Assembly (NCBI GenBank): GCA_964016885.1
Contig: OZ024757.1
Span: forward strand, 32,798,001 to 32,862,000
Length of the DNA stretch: 64,000 bases
Reading direction: 5' to 3'
Source of the DNA: Eledone cirrhosa
Taxonomy: Eukaryota
Below the pieces are notes generated by a model, which was not told the origin of the DNA, searched no databases, and was given only the letters and a program-made list of their open reading frames with translations. The position numbers and the translations under genes are program-made. Below are positions 40,374 through 52,954 of this stretch, in pieces (positions within the stretch are counted from its first letter, which is position 1; each line of letters opens with the position of its first letter).

Positions 40374-42535
40374 GAAATCAAGGAACCTCATCTACCTCTC
40401 CTCTGACAAGGGAAAAGATTTCTGCGTCATCAGCAGAGAGGCCTACAACACCCTAGCCCTCCAACACCCTCTACTCTAAAGTCACAGGAATCACTCCCGT
40501 GCTCAACGCCACCTGGACCAACATCTGTGACCGGCGGAAGCTCAGATACAACCTCCTCACCAGGAACAGCAGACTACCCGCCTCCTATCACCTCGTGAAA
40601 AGACACAAAGAGGGACCTGACCTGAAGATCAGGCCTATTGTATCGAGCGTGGAAGGACCTAGCTAGGCTCCTAGCCAGAATACTTAGACCCCTCCTGGAC
40701 ACCTTGCGGGACACGTAAACAGCTCCGAGGAAGTGTTGGAGCACCTACATCAAATTGATCCCGACACCAGAAAGGCTAACAGGTATGCCTTCAGCCTTGA
40801 TGTGGTTGCTCTTTACACCTCGGTCCCGGCCGTCGATATACTGATAGAACGTGTTCAATCTACCAACCTACACTGCTTCGAGCTCACCCCCACTGACATC
40901 CACCAGCTCCTATCCGTCGTCGTCGACAACACATATTTCAGTTTTCTCGACCAAACATACCAGCAAACCACAGGGCTACCCATGGGCTCTAGCCTGTCGG
41001 GTGTGCTAGTGATCTCGTACATGGACAGCCTCGAGCGCAAGGCACTCAACGCCTGCCACCCCAACGCCGTCGCCTTCTGAAGATATGTGGACAACAGCCT
41101 CATCCTCACGTCTTCCCAGGAGATGGCGTGCGGGATTTACAAGATGTTCAGCACCACGGACGAGAATATTGACTTCAGTGTTGAACACCCTGACGACGAC
41201 AGGTCCCTTGCCCTCCTCGACTTCCGAATCAACATCACGGAGCAGGGAGGGATCCACACCAGCTTCTACCGCTAGGCAGCCTGCAGGGACTTGTTCGTCC
41301 ACTACAAATCTGCCCTCCCTAACAGTGCTAAAAGAGGGTACATCACGAACGAGATCATGCTGATTAAAAACAGATGCAGCGATTCCGTGAGTGGTGTCAC
41401 CCACACCAAGCGGTTCCTCAGGGTGCTGAAGATGAATTGATACCCACCCTCGCTTACAAGCAGAGTAAGAGATACCAGGTGCAAGAGGCAGAGAGACACC
41501 CAAGGCAAGTGCTTCCTTAAAATCCCGCACCTGGGCGAGAAAACCACCAACGCTATCCGCAGGGCTATATGGAGAGAGGCCCTTGACATCCACCTGGCCC
41601 ATTCGGGCCCTCCCTATGGGGATGCCTCTCCAGAAAACCCGGGAAATTGACTGACGCGTGTTCCCTCAGCAACTGTCCAATGCGCCAAACGAACTGTTGC
41701 TTACTCACGTGTGTTGTATACAAGGTAGAATGTGATAAGTGCAACTACTACTATATCGGTAGCACAATCCGGCCACTACATATCCGGATCAAGGAGCACA
41801 TCAACATCCAGGCCTCGTCTTTCCGGAAACACGTAACTAAATGCAGAAACAAAGACAGAAGTCCCATTGTCCCAGTTAGCAACAGAACGCAACATCGGCA
41901 CTTTAAGAATCAAGGAAGCACTTTGGATCAAACGCCTAGGACCACAAATAAATAACCGATCCGAGAGAAGCGAGACGAGATGGCTGGTGTAAACAAACGA
42001 AACAACAACACATGCACACACATACACAGTGGCATTCGAATGATTGTTATTGTGTGTATAGTGCACCCACCATCCACCGACCAACAAATGACAACCAGGC
42101 AGACTACCAACACTGCCACTATCAAAGACTGAATATAGGTAGTATAATGGAATGATGGCGAAGCACCATCCCACTCCCATAGTATATGGAACTGCCTCGA
42201 CCTTTGCTTGACCGCAGCTATTACGCATGCTCTACAGAATATCTCAGTTGTACACAAACGGTAGACAACAGAGGCCACATACCGTTACTCTCTGACTAAA
42301 AACTTTCCCCCTCGGAAAAAACCCCAGTTGATGGATGCGAAATCTGAAATCTAGGGACAATTAAATCTCTTCCAAGGTAACTCTATCTCGTGTTATTATT
42401 TTTACACTCTTTCCTACATTCCTCTATACACTATACATTACATTTCCTCTTACATCTCTCTCTTCACCACCGGATTCTGTTACCCGGAGATTTACCCATC
42501 TGCATTGTTGAGGCTTCCAAAATGACCAAATTTTT
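40374..42535 (+). mobile_element. Penelope-like element, 5'-truncated and defective (right arm of giant palindrome)
   Basis: SDKGKDF, RPIVSS, AFSLDVVALYTSVP, QTTGLPMGSSLSG, YVDN, LALLDFRI, GIY-YIG (41647-41955); ends in (TA)n. Confidence 0.9.
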
Positions 42536-42549
42536 ATATATATATATAT

Positions 42550-42726
42550 ATAATAATTGTTTCTACTTTTGGCACAAGTGCATTACTGGTGCATTATTTT
42601 ATCGACCCCGTAAGGATGAAAGGCAAAGTTAACCTCGGCAGGATTTGAACTCAGACCATAAAGGACCATAACTCTATGCTGCAAAGCATGGCGTCCGACC
42701 CTCCACTGATACTGCCAATCCACCGC

Positions 42727-42730
<4 letters not shown>
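42550..42730 (-). mobile_element. SINE family B
   Basis: Reverse complement of the 32893-33085 type. Confidence 0.75.
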
Positions 42731-42764
<34 letters not shown>

Positions 42765-43508
42765 ATAATTGTTTCTACTTTTGGCACAATAGATATAAAT
42801 CATACATACATATATAATACACACTCACATACACATATCTAAATGGCCATTCTACACTATACACCAGTATGCATAGACATCCATATACACAGGTATAAAT
42901 CAATGTGTATGCACACACAAATATATAACCATCGATATGCATATCTAAATACATATTCCCCACTATATATAGACATATATTGACATACAGAAATACACCA
43001 TCATCAATAACAACACACTTCATGTATTCATTGAACACTCCTCTCTCTGTCTCTCTGTCTCTCCCGTCTAGGCAATCTACCAAATTATAAGTTGGATCTC
43101 TCCCCCCCCCCTCTCTCTCTCTCTCTCTCTCATGTGTGTATATATATATATATATAGTGTAGGTGATTCAGTGAATTACTGGTGGTAGTAGCAAAACAAG
43201 CACTTAACCCTTTAATGTTCAAACCGTCCAAAACCGGCCAGAATTCTCTACCTCTTTCTGTTGAAACTGGCTGTAACCGGTCACTCAAACTGATGTTAAG
43301 GTATTGTTCTCAAAATAAATACTTTCAAAATCTTATAGATTCGATATTATGTGAGATAATTATGTGAGGTAAAGCCTTTACCATGAAAATACAATAGTAT
43401 ATATAGAGTAATGTGAATGCTAAAGGGTTAATGTAGAGGCTGAGTGTATATATTCATGAGAATGATGAAGTTTTGTTTACATGTATTTAGATTTTTATTG
43501 TGTATCGA

Positions 43509-43598
43509 CCTGTTACACGCGTTTCACAGAGGATTGGTGCAGGATCACCTATAGAAGTCATGAACACGACTCCATATTCGATCTGCTCTTCAGACTGG
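43509..43598 (-). ncRNA. Type I hammerhead ribozyme with long stem II
   Basis: CCAGT-CTGAAGA-GCAGA..TCTGT-GAAA-CGCGTG-TA-ACAGG; 3' half repeated in inverted orientation at 43639-43658. Confidence 0.6.
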
Positions 43599-44009
43599 CA
43601 ATGTGACAAAAAATATAGTGTTTGTTGTCAGTCTTCTATGAAACATGTGTAACAGGTCATATGTATATATTTATACATATGAATATATATATAATAATAA
43701 TAATAATGAAATTATTGTGTACAGTGCTCAGGTGCACTACAACTCATCAAATGTGTATGTATAGTACATAGAATAATGTACAAATGTCAGGGAAGTGAAT
43801 AGTATATGAGTCATGATATACATGTGTGCGTGTGTATGGAGGGGGAATATTAGGTGTAGTGTTGGCAAATCTCAGGAAGCATGGAGGTTTTAAAGGATGC
43901 AGTGTCTCGACAGCTAACTACTGATGCAGGGAGTTTGTTCCATGCTTCAGCAACTCTGAGCGTGAAAATGTTTCCAAAAGTCCTGGGAGCTGTAGGGGGA
44001 GGGGGGGGT

Positions 44010-44272
44010 ATCATCATCATCATCATCATTTTGCGTCCGCTTTTCCCTGCTTGCAAGGGTGGGACGGGAACTGATACTGGCTTGATTTCTACAGCTGGAT
44101 GCCCTTCCTAACACCAACCTCATTTACAGTGAGTGCTGGGTGCTTTTTTGCCGTGGCACCTACACGACCACTTTGCAGTGGAATGATATGGACCCCAGTC
44201 CCTATCATCTCATTTCTACATATGAGTAAACTGGAGCAATGTGAAATAAAGTGTCTTGCTCAAGGAAACAAC
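44010..44272 (-). mobile_element. SINE family A, head truncated
   Basis: Shared core and tail. Confidence 0.8.
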
Positions 44273-44299
44273 ACGTGTGCGCATATATATAGAGATATA

Positions 44300-44575
44300 C
44301 AGAGAGAGACTGAGCATAAGAGGAATCAAATGCTGCGTGCAGGAGAGGCGGTTACGCTGGTATGGACATGTGATGCGTATGAAGGATGACAGCTGCATAA
44401 AAAGGTGCAGAGCACTAGAAGTTGATGGAAACCGCGGAGTGGGGAGACCCAAGATGACTTGGGATGAGGTGATAAAAGCCGACCTTACCCAACTACACCT
44501 CTCAAAGTCAATGACACACGACCGTGACTTCTGGCGTCACGCAGTAATACAGGGTACCCGACCTCCCATGGGTAC
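44300..44575 (+). mobile_element. RTE LINE 3' fragment
   Basis: ERRLRWYGHVMRMKDDSCIKRCRALEVDGNRGVGRPKMTWDEVIKADL; relatives at 26790-27060, 33780-33880 and 55020-55530. Confidence 0.75.
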
Positions 44576-45152
44576 ATGCTGAAGCATATAAACAATATGC
44601 CCCCCCCCCCCCCCTCCACCGCAAGGTGGCCGTGGAGGTGCCACGGCAAAAAAGCACCCAGCCCACACTGTAAAGTGGACGTGTAGGCGCCACGAAAAAG
44701 CACCCAGCACTCACTGTAAATGAGGTTGGTGTTAGGAAGGGCATCCAGCTGTAGAAATCAAGCCAGATCAGTTCCTGTATGAGCAAGGCATGGTCAGCCG
44801 ACCAGACACTGCCCACAACAGGACAACCCGTCTAACCCATGCTAGCGTGGAAGAACGGACGTAAAACGGTGATGATGATGATGATGATGATGATATACAG
44901 AGGTAATGCCAATGTTAAATGATGATGAAATAAATAAAGATATATATATATATATATATATATGAAAAGATTCAGGACCCTGATGGCTGAGCTCTAGCCA
45001 TTTTGACAGCTAGATCCAAGTTTGGATCTTTTCATATTACCCACTCTACTATCCCAAGTATCGAGTACTCTAGTGGGTTATGGTCTAGCTGCTTTTTACC
45101 ACACTCTATCTGATATATATATATAGACTTCTGTCCTTAGGACGAGTTAAAG

Positions 45153-45290
45153 ATAATTAGTTACAACAGTGACATAATAAACAGGTACTTAAGTTTCGTT
45201 GGGTTATGCAACTCATTCACCCAGTTATAACAGTTGGGGTGTATAACCAAACGAAACTTAAGTACCTGTGTATTATGTCACTGTTGTAAC

Positions 45291-45297
<7 letters not shown>
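45153..45297. repeat. Fold-back element with hammerhead 3' half in each arm
   Basis: Arms of ~55 bp; GAAA-CTTAAG-TA at 45253-45264; abuts (TA)n. Confidence 0.65.
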
Positions 45298-45337
<40 letters not shown>

Positions 45338-45569
45338 ATATATATACACGCACATAGAGAGAGAGGGTGTGTGTGTGTATAAGACAGAGAGAGAGAGAGA
45401 GAGAGAAAATATTGGCAAATGTTCCAGTTGAAATTTATTGCCAGTTTGGCAGTGAGCCCAATATCTGTGAATATTGGTTTTATGTATTGATCTCAAATTA
45501 TTGATTACTCATAATGGTTTTGATTGGACTGTCACTCCGCCACCTTACAATGGCTTACATGCGCATTGT

Positions 45570-46235
45570 TGGTAGTGTAGTTGTTGTTGTTGTTGTTGTT
45601 TTATTGTGGCTCTGCTTGTTTTTGTTGGTATAGTGGTGGTGGCGGTGGTGTTGATTGTGATGATGATAATGGTGGTTGTGGTGGTGATGATGATGCTAGT
45701 GGACACAGTGGTGGTGGTGTTGATTGTGATGATGATAATGGTGGTGGTGGTGGTGATGATGATGATGATGCTAGTGGACACAGTGGTGGTGTTGATTGTT
45801 GATTGTTGTGATGATGATAATGGTGGTGGTGATGATGGTAGTGGAGACAGTGGTGGTGGTGGTAGTGTTGTGATGAGGATAATGGTGATGATGATGATGG
45901 TAGTGGAGATGGTGGTGGTGGTGTTGATTGTTGTGCGGATGATAATGGTGGTGGTAATGATGATGGTAGTGGAGACGGTGGTGGTGGTTGTGTTGATTGT
46001 TGTGCTGATGATAATGGTGGTGATGGTGATGCTTGTTGTGTTGGTATAGTGGTGGTGGTGGTGGTGGTGGTGGCAGTGATTGTTGTGATGATGATAATGG
46101 TGCTGCTGGTGATGGTAGTGGTGGTGGCGGTGGTGTTGATTGTTGTGATGATGATAATGGTGCTGGTGGTGATGATGCTGATTGTTGTGTTGGTATAGTG
46201 GTGGTGGTGATGGTAATGGAGAGAGTGGTGGTGGT
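45570..46235. repeat. (GGT/GAT)n compound tract
   Basis: Direct inspection. Confidence 0.9.
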
Positions 46236-47059
46236 CCTGACAGTGCTGATTGTGTTTTAAGGCTAGGGAAATATCATCATCATCATTTTATGTCTTATTT
46301 TCTTCCATACTTGCATAGGTTAGATGAGTCTTTTCCAGCATAGTCTCCCTGTTTATAGAATGAATAAAAATGTCATTTAAAAAAATCATAAAATAAAACA
46401 TAACATGTATTGATTTTAACCTCAAATCCAAAGTAAGAAAATATACTGTAAAAATACTAAAAAAAAACCCACCAAAACCTCCTTATCAACACAAAACCAC
46501 AGATTGGTAAGCCACAGAACATATTGCAGATGACCAATGTGACTAAATTTAAATGAACTTCATGACCCAAATTTTTATATTGGTCACATGAGCACTACAC
46601 TTTCCCATCAAGCAACTATGCAATTACAATATGGAATCATTGCAAAACGTTTTCATATAGTATATTATATTTGTCATTGTTTAACATCTACTTTCCCTGC
46701 TTGCAAAGTGTAGAGCGCTCAAAGTTGATGGAAGACTTGGGGTGAGTCTAACCTTGCACAATTGCACCTTTCAAAGGCAATGACACAGGACTGTGATTTC
46801 TGGCACTATGCAGTAATACGGAAAACTCGCCTTCCCATATGCAGGAGCTGAGGTATATATCTAGTATGCACCACCTTCCCTCCCATCACCCCACCCCTAT
46901 ATCTACCTCCACAATTCGCCATCCATCCCCTCCACCCAAGTTCCCAATCCACACCATAAAGCAACCATACTGGAGGCACAACAAGTGCCCATCCCACACT
47001 GTAAAGTGGTCGTGTAGGTGTCACAACAAAAAACACCCAGTACGCACTGTATATGTATG

Positions 47060-47104
<45 letters not shown>

Positions 47105-47349
47105 GTATATATGTATATATATATATGTATGTATGTATATATATATATATATATGCATATATATACTGATGAGTCCTTAATAGGACAAAACATTGTTGGC
47201 TAATAAAGACTTTTGATGTATTGAAGGCTTCTTTGGTTTATTTTCATAATTCTTCGGCTCTGTTTAATTACATTGAGCTATACCTTTACTGTCATTTCTA
47301 TAATACGAAGAGGGTGTTTAACTCCAACACACTCTAGTATTTCAATTCT

Positions 47350-47381
<32 letters not shown>

Positions 47382-48241
47382 AATATGAATGAAATGGAAT
47401 TGTCTTAATGCAAATGACTATAACAATACTCAATCATTATAAATAATAGTTGAGAAAATCAGATAAAGTATAGTTGAGTGTGAAGTATCTGCAGGTTCCT
47501 AGTTATTTTAGTAGAGAGGTTCCCCTATGCACCAATCTTTAACACTATATTAACATCTGATGTACATGCCTTCATTTTTCTCTCCCATATCATTAAGTCT
47601 GGTCTGTTATGTTTACCTTTTGTTGGGGTTTTGACTGGAACATTCCACCAGTATTCTTTCATTTGATGTGTATTTATGTCCTCCACATCATTCTAACATA
47701 TGTATATATATGTGTGTGTGTGTGTATACCTGTATGTATGTATGTATGTGTGAGTGAGTAGGTATGTGTGTGTGAGTATGTATGTATGTATATATGTATG
47801 TGTTTATGTATACCTATATGTATGTATACACGTATGTATGTGTGTATGTGTATGTATATCTGTATGTATGTATATATATCTGTATGTATGTGTATTTGTA
47901 TGTATGTGCGTGTGTATGTATCTCTATGTATGTGTGTGTGATTGTATGTATGTGCGTGTATGTATGTATGCATGCGTGTATGTATGTGTATATGGATGTA
48001 TGTATGCGTGTGTGGATGTATGTGTATATGTATGTGTGTATAAATGTATATGTATGTTCATTCTTATACAATCTTTTAGTAGACAACAAAAGAATTGTAT
48101 GACTAAGTGTGACTAATTATCGCAACATTCAGTAAGTCTGCTCTTACTGGGTTGAATGTGTGTGTGTCTGTGTATTTGTGTGTGTGTGTGTGTGTGTATT
48201 GTGTATTTATGTCTGTGTGTGTATATATACATGTATGTATG

Positions 48242-48443
48242 TACAAAGGCCGGCCAAAAAGTTCATAGGCTGACCAAGATACTCTCATGGAATGACCAAA
48301 TGAAATTTTTTTTCAAACATAGTCCCTGGAAAGAAACAATACAGTTATTAATAAGAACAGATGAAATTTATGCATGCAAGATTTCACAGCTCTAGCAGCA
48401 TTCCTTCATAGTCAGCCTATGAAATTTTCAGCTGACCCTCACA
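48242..48443. mobile_element. Mariner-derived MITE
   Basis: Inverted AAAAGTTCATAGGCTGAC / GTCAGCCTATGAAATTTT; left part resembles the mariner end at 22070-22155. Confidence 0.65.
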
Positions 48444-48966
48444 TGTATGTGTGAGTACATATGTGTAAGTATGCATGTGTGTGTGCATGCATTTCTGAGT
48501 ATGTATGACAGGGGCCATTTAGCTCAGTAGTTTAGAGTGCTAGCCAGAATTTGAAATTTACAGAGTTCAATTCATAGGGGTTGCTGGCCCTGTTTTTCTG
48601 TCTATAGGCGTATTTTACCCGATTTTCCATTTGTACATTATTCTCTGTACTATACATGCACTGTTCATGAGTTGTAGTGCACCTGAGCACTGTACACAAC
48701 AATTTCATTCATTAGAGATTACTCCAATTTTCTAAAAACACAGACACATATGTGTATATATATATATATATATATGTGTATATATATATGTGTATATATG
48801 TGTATGTGTATATGTGTATATATCTGTGTATATATATGTATGTGTATATATATATGTGTATATATATATACATATGTATGTGTATATATATATGTGTATA
48901 TATATATATATGTGTATGTGTATATGTGTATATATCTGTGTATATATATATATCTGTGTATATATA

Positions 48967-49013
<47 letters not shown>

Positions 49014-49111
49014 ACTCACAAACACACATACACATGTATAATCCCTATTGAGCCGTCTTTGGATTTTAGCCTTCACTATTATTATTATTATATATATATA
49101 TATATATATAT

Positions 49112-49458
49112 ATCATCATCATTTCATCATTTCATTTTACGTCCACTTTTCCCTGCTGGCAAGGGTGGGACAGGAACTGATTCTGGCTTGGTTTCTACAG
49201 CTGGATGCCCTTCCTAACACCAACCTCATTTACAGTGAGTGCTGGGTGCTTTTTTGCCGTGGCACCTCCACGACCACTTTGCAGTGGAATGATATGGACC
49301 CCAGTCCATATCATCTCATTTCTACAGTTGAGTAAACTGGGGCAATGTGAAATAAAGTGTCTTGCTCAAGGAAACAACACATCACCCGGTCTAAGAATTG
49401 AACTCGCAACTTTTCGATTGCAATGCCAATGCTCTAACCACTAAGCCATGTGCTTCCA
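49112..49458 (-). mobile_element. Full-length SINE family A
   Basis: Near-identical to 5888-6220. Confidence 0.85.
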
Positions 49459-49570
49459 TATATATATAAATATATAACCAAAGATTAATATGGTTCATTG
49501 ATTACTCAATGAATATAGTTTTACAATAGATTAGAAGCACTCTACAAAGAAGTTTTCTGGTGTTATTAAT

Positions 49571-49946
49571 ATTATTCAGAATATTAATAAATGAAAACAT
49601 TCACATAATCAAAATATATGTTTTATTATATATATTTCGAAGGTACTGTGCTGTTTTTTCAGTACGTCCTCATCAGATAAAATACATGAATTGATGTATG
49701 ACATACCTCAACGGTCTTGATGGTACAATTCCAGTATTGGCAGTACTGGAATTGAACCATTCAATTCCAGTACTGCCAATACTGGAATTGAACCATCAAG
49801 ACCATTGAGGTATGTCATACATCAATTCATGTATTTTATCTGATGAGGACGTACTGAAAAAAACAGCACAGTACCTTCGAAATATATATAATAAAACATA
49901 TATTTTGATTATGTGAATGTCTTCATTTATTATTATTCTGAATAAT

Positions 49947-49947
<1 letters not shown>
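49571..49947. mobile_element. Palindromic element with a hammerhead on each strand (family of 16851-17655)
   Basis: Centre ~49758. CTGATGA at 49840 and GAAA at 49879 (+), mirror at 49635-49676 (-). Confidence 0.85.
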
Positions 49948-49977
<30 letters not shown>

Positions 49978-50127
49978 TATATATATTATATATACCAGAA
50001 GCAGTTGTGTAAGCAAGACACGGTCACCTCACTTGACTTGCCCAAATGGGACAACCCGTCCAACCCATGCTAGCATGGAAAAATGGACGTTAAACAGTAA
50101 TGATGATATATATTTATATATATATAC

Positions 50128-50525
50128 ATGGTGGCTGCCAACTCGTTTTCGAGTACGGCCACTACTTTATATCCATGTAGAACCCCTACCGATGCGCTGA
50201 ACGAGTGTGACTTTTTAGTCCAGCCAGCGACTTGAAAACTCTGGTACAAACACTACACTTGTGACAATTATTGAACATAGTGCTGGGCCCATGGTACCAT
50301 GTGACGACAAGTGCAGAGAGATCTCCAGGTATATAGCAATACCTGTGCCGTGAAGCTTTTATAGTGAGCAAAGGCACTGCACAAAGCCAGTCCCACTCTC
50401 TTGACCAAGATGATATTTACCAAAAAGAAGAACAAGTCAACATCATTGGATACCATCAAGGTTGCAGGTGTTATATCAGAGTTTTCCTTCTCCTAGAATT
50501 CTGCCTTGACAAAGGCTAAGGGGGA
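50128..50525 (-). mobile_element. Copy of the zinc-finger-tailed LINE derivative
   Basis: Reverse complement of ~11287-11684. Confidence 0.7.
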
Positions 50526-50832
50526 CGATATATATACATACACACATATATACCTACAAACATACCTACATACACACACACACATGTGCACACACACTAG
50601 GTGATGAGTAGAAATTTAAAGTTTAATTGAAGTCAGGTGGGTGATGTACAGGTGTGCTGTAATTCACATTTAAGCTTGGAGGGCTCTTCTTCACAGTATG
50701 TGAACAGTACTAGTCAATTATTATTAGTAGTAGCATTTTTATTTTGTTTTTTATTGTCTTCAACAGTCATGATTACATAGCAGCAGTTTGGTGGGGTGGT
50801 AGGTGGGGAACTATTTGAAAAATGAGATTTTC

Positions 50833-52350
50833 TGTGTGTGGTATGTGTCTGTGTGGTGTGTGCATGTGTGTGTGTGGTGTGTGTGTGGTATGTGTCTATG
50901 TGTGTGTGTGGTATGTGTCTGTGTGCATGTGTGTGTGTGTGTGTGTGTGTGTGGTGTGCATGTGTGTGTGTGGTATGTGTGCATGTGTGTGTGTGTGGTA
51001 TGTGTCTGTGTGCATGTGTGTGTGTGTGTGGTATGTGTCTGTGCATGTGTGTGTGTGGTGTGTGCATGTGTGTGTGTGGTATGTGTCTGTGCATGTGTGT
51101 GTGTGGTATGTGTCTGTGCATGTGTGTGTGTGGTATGTGTCTGCATGTGTGTGTGTGGTGTGTGCATGTGTGTGTGTGGTATGTATATGTGTGCATGTGT
51201 GTGTGTAGTTTGTGTCTGTGCATGTGTGTGTGTGGTTTGTATGTGTGTGTGGTGTGTGTAGTTTGTATGTATGTGGTTTGGGATGTTGTTGAATGTGTGT
51301 ACATACATATAGTGTGTGTGTTTGTGTGTGATCATGTGGGGGGTCTTTGTGCTATGTGTATGTATGTGGGGCATGTGTGTGTGTACATACATATAGTGTG
51401 TTTGTATGTGATCATTGTGTTGTGTGTGTATGTGTTAGTATGTGATCATTGTGTTGTGTGTGTGTGTATATACATATAGTGTGTGTTTGTGGTCATGTTT
51501 TGTTATTGTGTTGTGTGTGTGTTAGTGTGGTGTATGTGTGTGTGTTTGTATGTATGTTGAATGTGTGTACATACATATAGTGTGTGTATGTATGTATGTT
51601 GAATGTGTGTACATACATATAGTGTGTGTTTGTGGTCATGTCTTGTTTTTTGTGTTGTGTGTGTGGTTAGTATGTGGTGTGTGTGTGTGGTTAGTATGTA
51701 GTGTGTGTGTTAGTGTGGTGTATGTGTGTGTTTGTATGTGTTGAATGTGTGTACATACATATAGTGTGTGGTCATGTGGTGTTTTGTGTTGTGTGTGTAT
51801 GTATGTGTCCAGTATATGTGTGTATGTATGTATGTATGTATGTGTGTGTGTGTTGTATGTATATGTGTGCATGTGGTGTGGGTGTATATATTATAACATT
51901 AATTTCACTTTATACTGTATCTCCCTCTATCTCTAAACCTTTCTCTCTATCCCTTTCTTTATACCTTACTCTTTATCCCTTTCTTTATACCTTACTCTTT
52001 ATCTATACCTTATCCTCTCCCTCTCTCTCACTGTCTCTACACCTTGCTCCCTCTCTCTCACTGTCTCTACACCTTGCTCCCTCCCTCTCTCTCACTGTCT
52101 CTACACCTTGCTTCCCCCTCTCATTGTCTCTATACCTTACTCCCTCTCTCTCATTGTCTCTATACCTTACTCCCTCTCTCTCACTGTATCTACACCTTGC
52201 TCCCTCCCTCTCTCCCTCCCTCTCTCCCTCCCTCTCTCTCACTGTCTCTACACCTTGCTCCCTCTCTCTCACTGTCTCTACACCTTGCTCCCTCTCTCTC
52301 ACTGTCTCTACACCTTGCTCCCTCTCTCTCACTGTCTCTATACCTTACTC
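50833..52350. repeat. (GT)-rich compound tract followed by ~30-bp CT-rich minisatellite (52010-52350)
   Basis: Unit CCCTCTCTCTCACTGTCTCTACACCTTGCT. Confidence 0.9.
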
Positions 52351-52617
52351 TCACCCCTCCTTTATATCTACTATTCTATAAGTTAAACAGTGGAGACATG
52401 TCCACCCTGTATTATTTCTATTTTCAATTCAATGAGACTTTTTTTCTATTAAAACTTGTTTGATTAATTCTTAATGTCCTGTACCACATCAAACCGCATT
52501 AGCAAGACATTCTTGAAAAATACTGAATGGCACTATAACTGCATCCCATAGAAATAAAGTCTTTAGTTTATTCCAAATTTTTACAGCAATCTGTCCATTA
52601 GAAATGATACTATAAAA

Positions 52618-52954
52618 CAGGGGCGTGCAACAGGCTGCCCACAGGCCACAATCCGGCCCTCCAGACCAGCCAGAGTGGCCTGCAATGACCATTTTTAATT
52701 TTTACCTTGTAGGCTTATTTAGAATTTTTTTCGTAACCGTAACACAATTTTCTGTTAGTTGACCTATACTAAAAGGCTTCACCGATAGGGTTATGTGTGT
52801 TATAATTTCCCAGTTCCATGTTATGGAAATAAGTTGTGCTGAATCTTTGGAATAGTGGTTTTTATTAGATTACATATTTTTGACAGTCACTGGCCCTAAT
52901 AGTTGTTCCAATGTTCAAAAGTGACCCACCAATGGAATATGTTGCACACCCCTG
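52618..52954. mobile_element. hAT-type MITE
   Basis: TIRs CAGGGGCGTGCAACA / TGTTGCACACCCCTG; 8-bp TSD CTATAAAA / CTTTAAAA. Confidence 0.8.
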
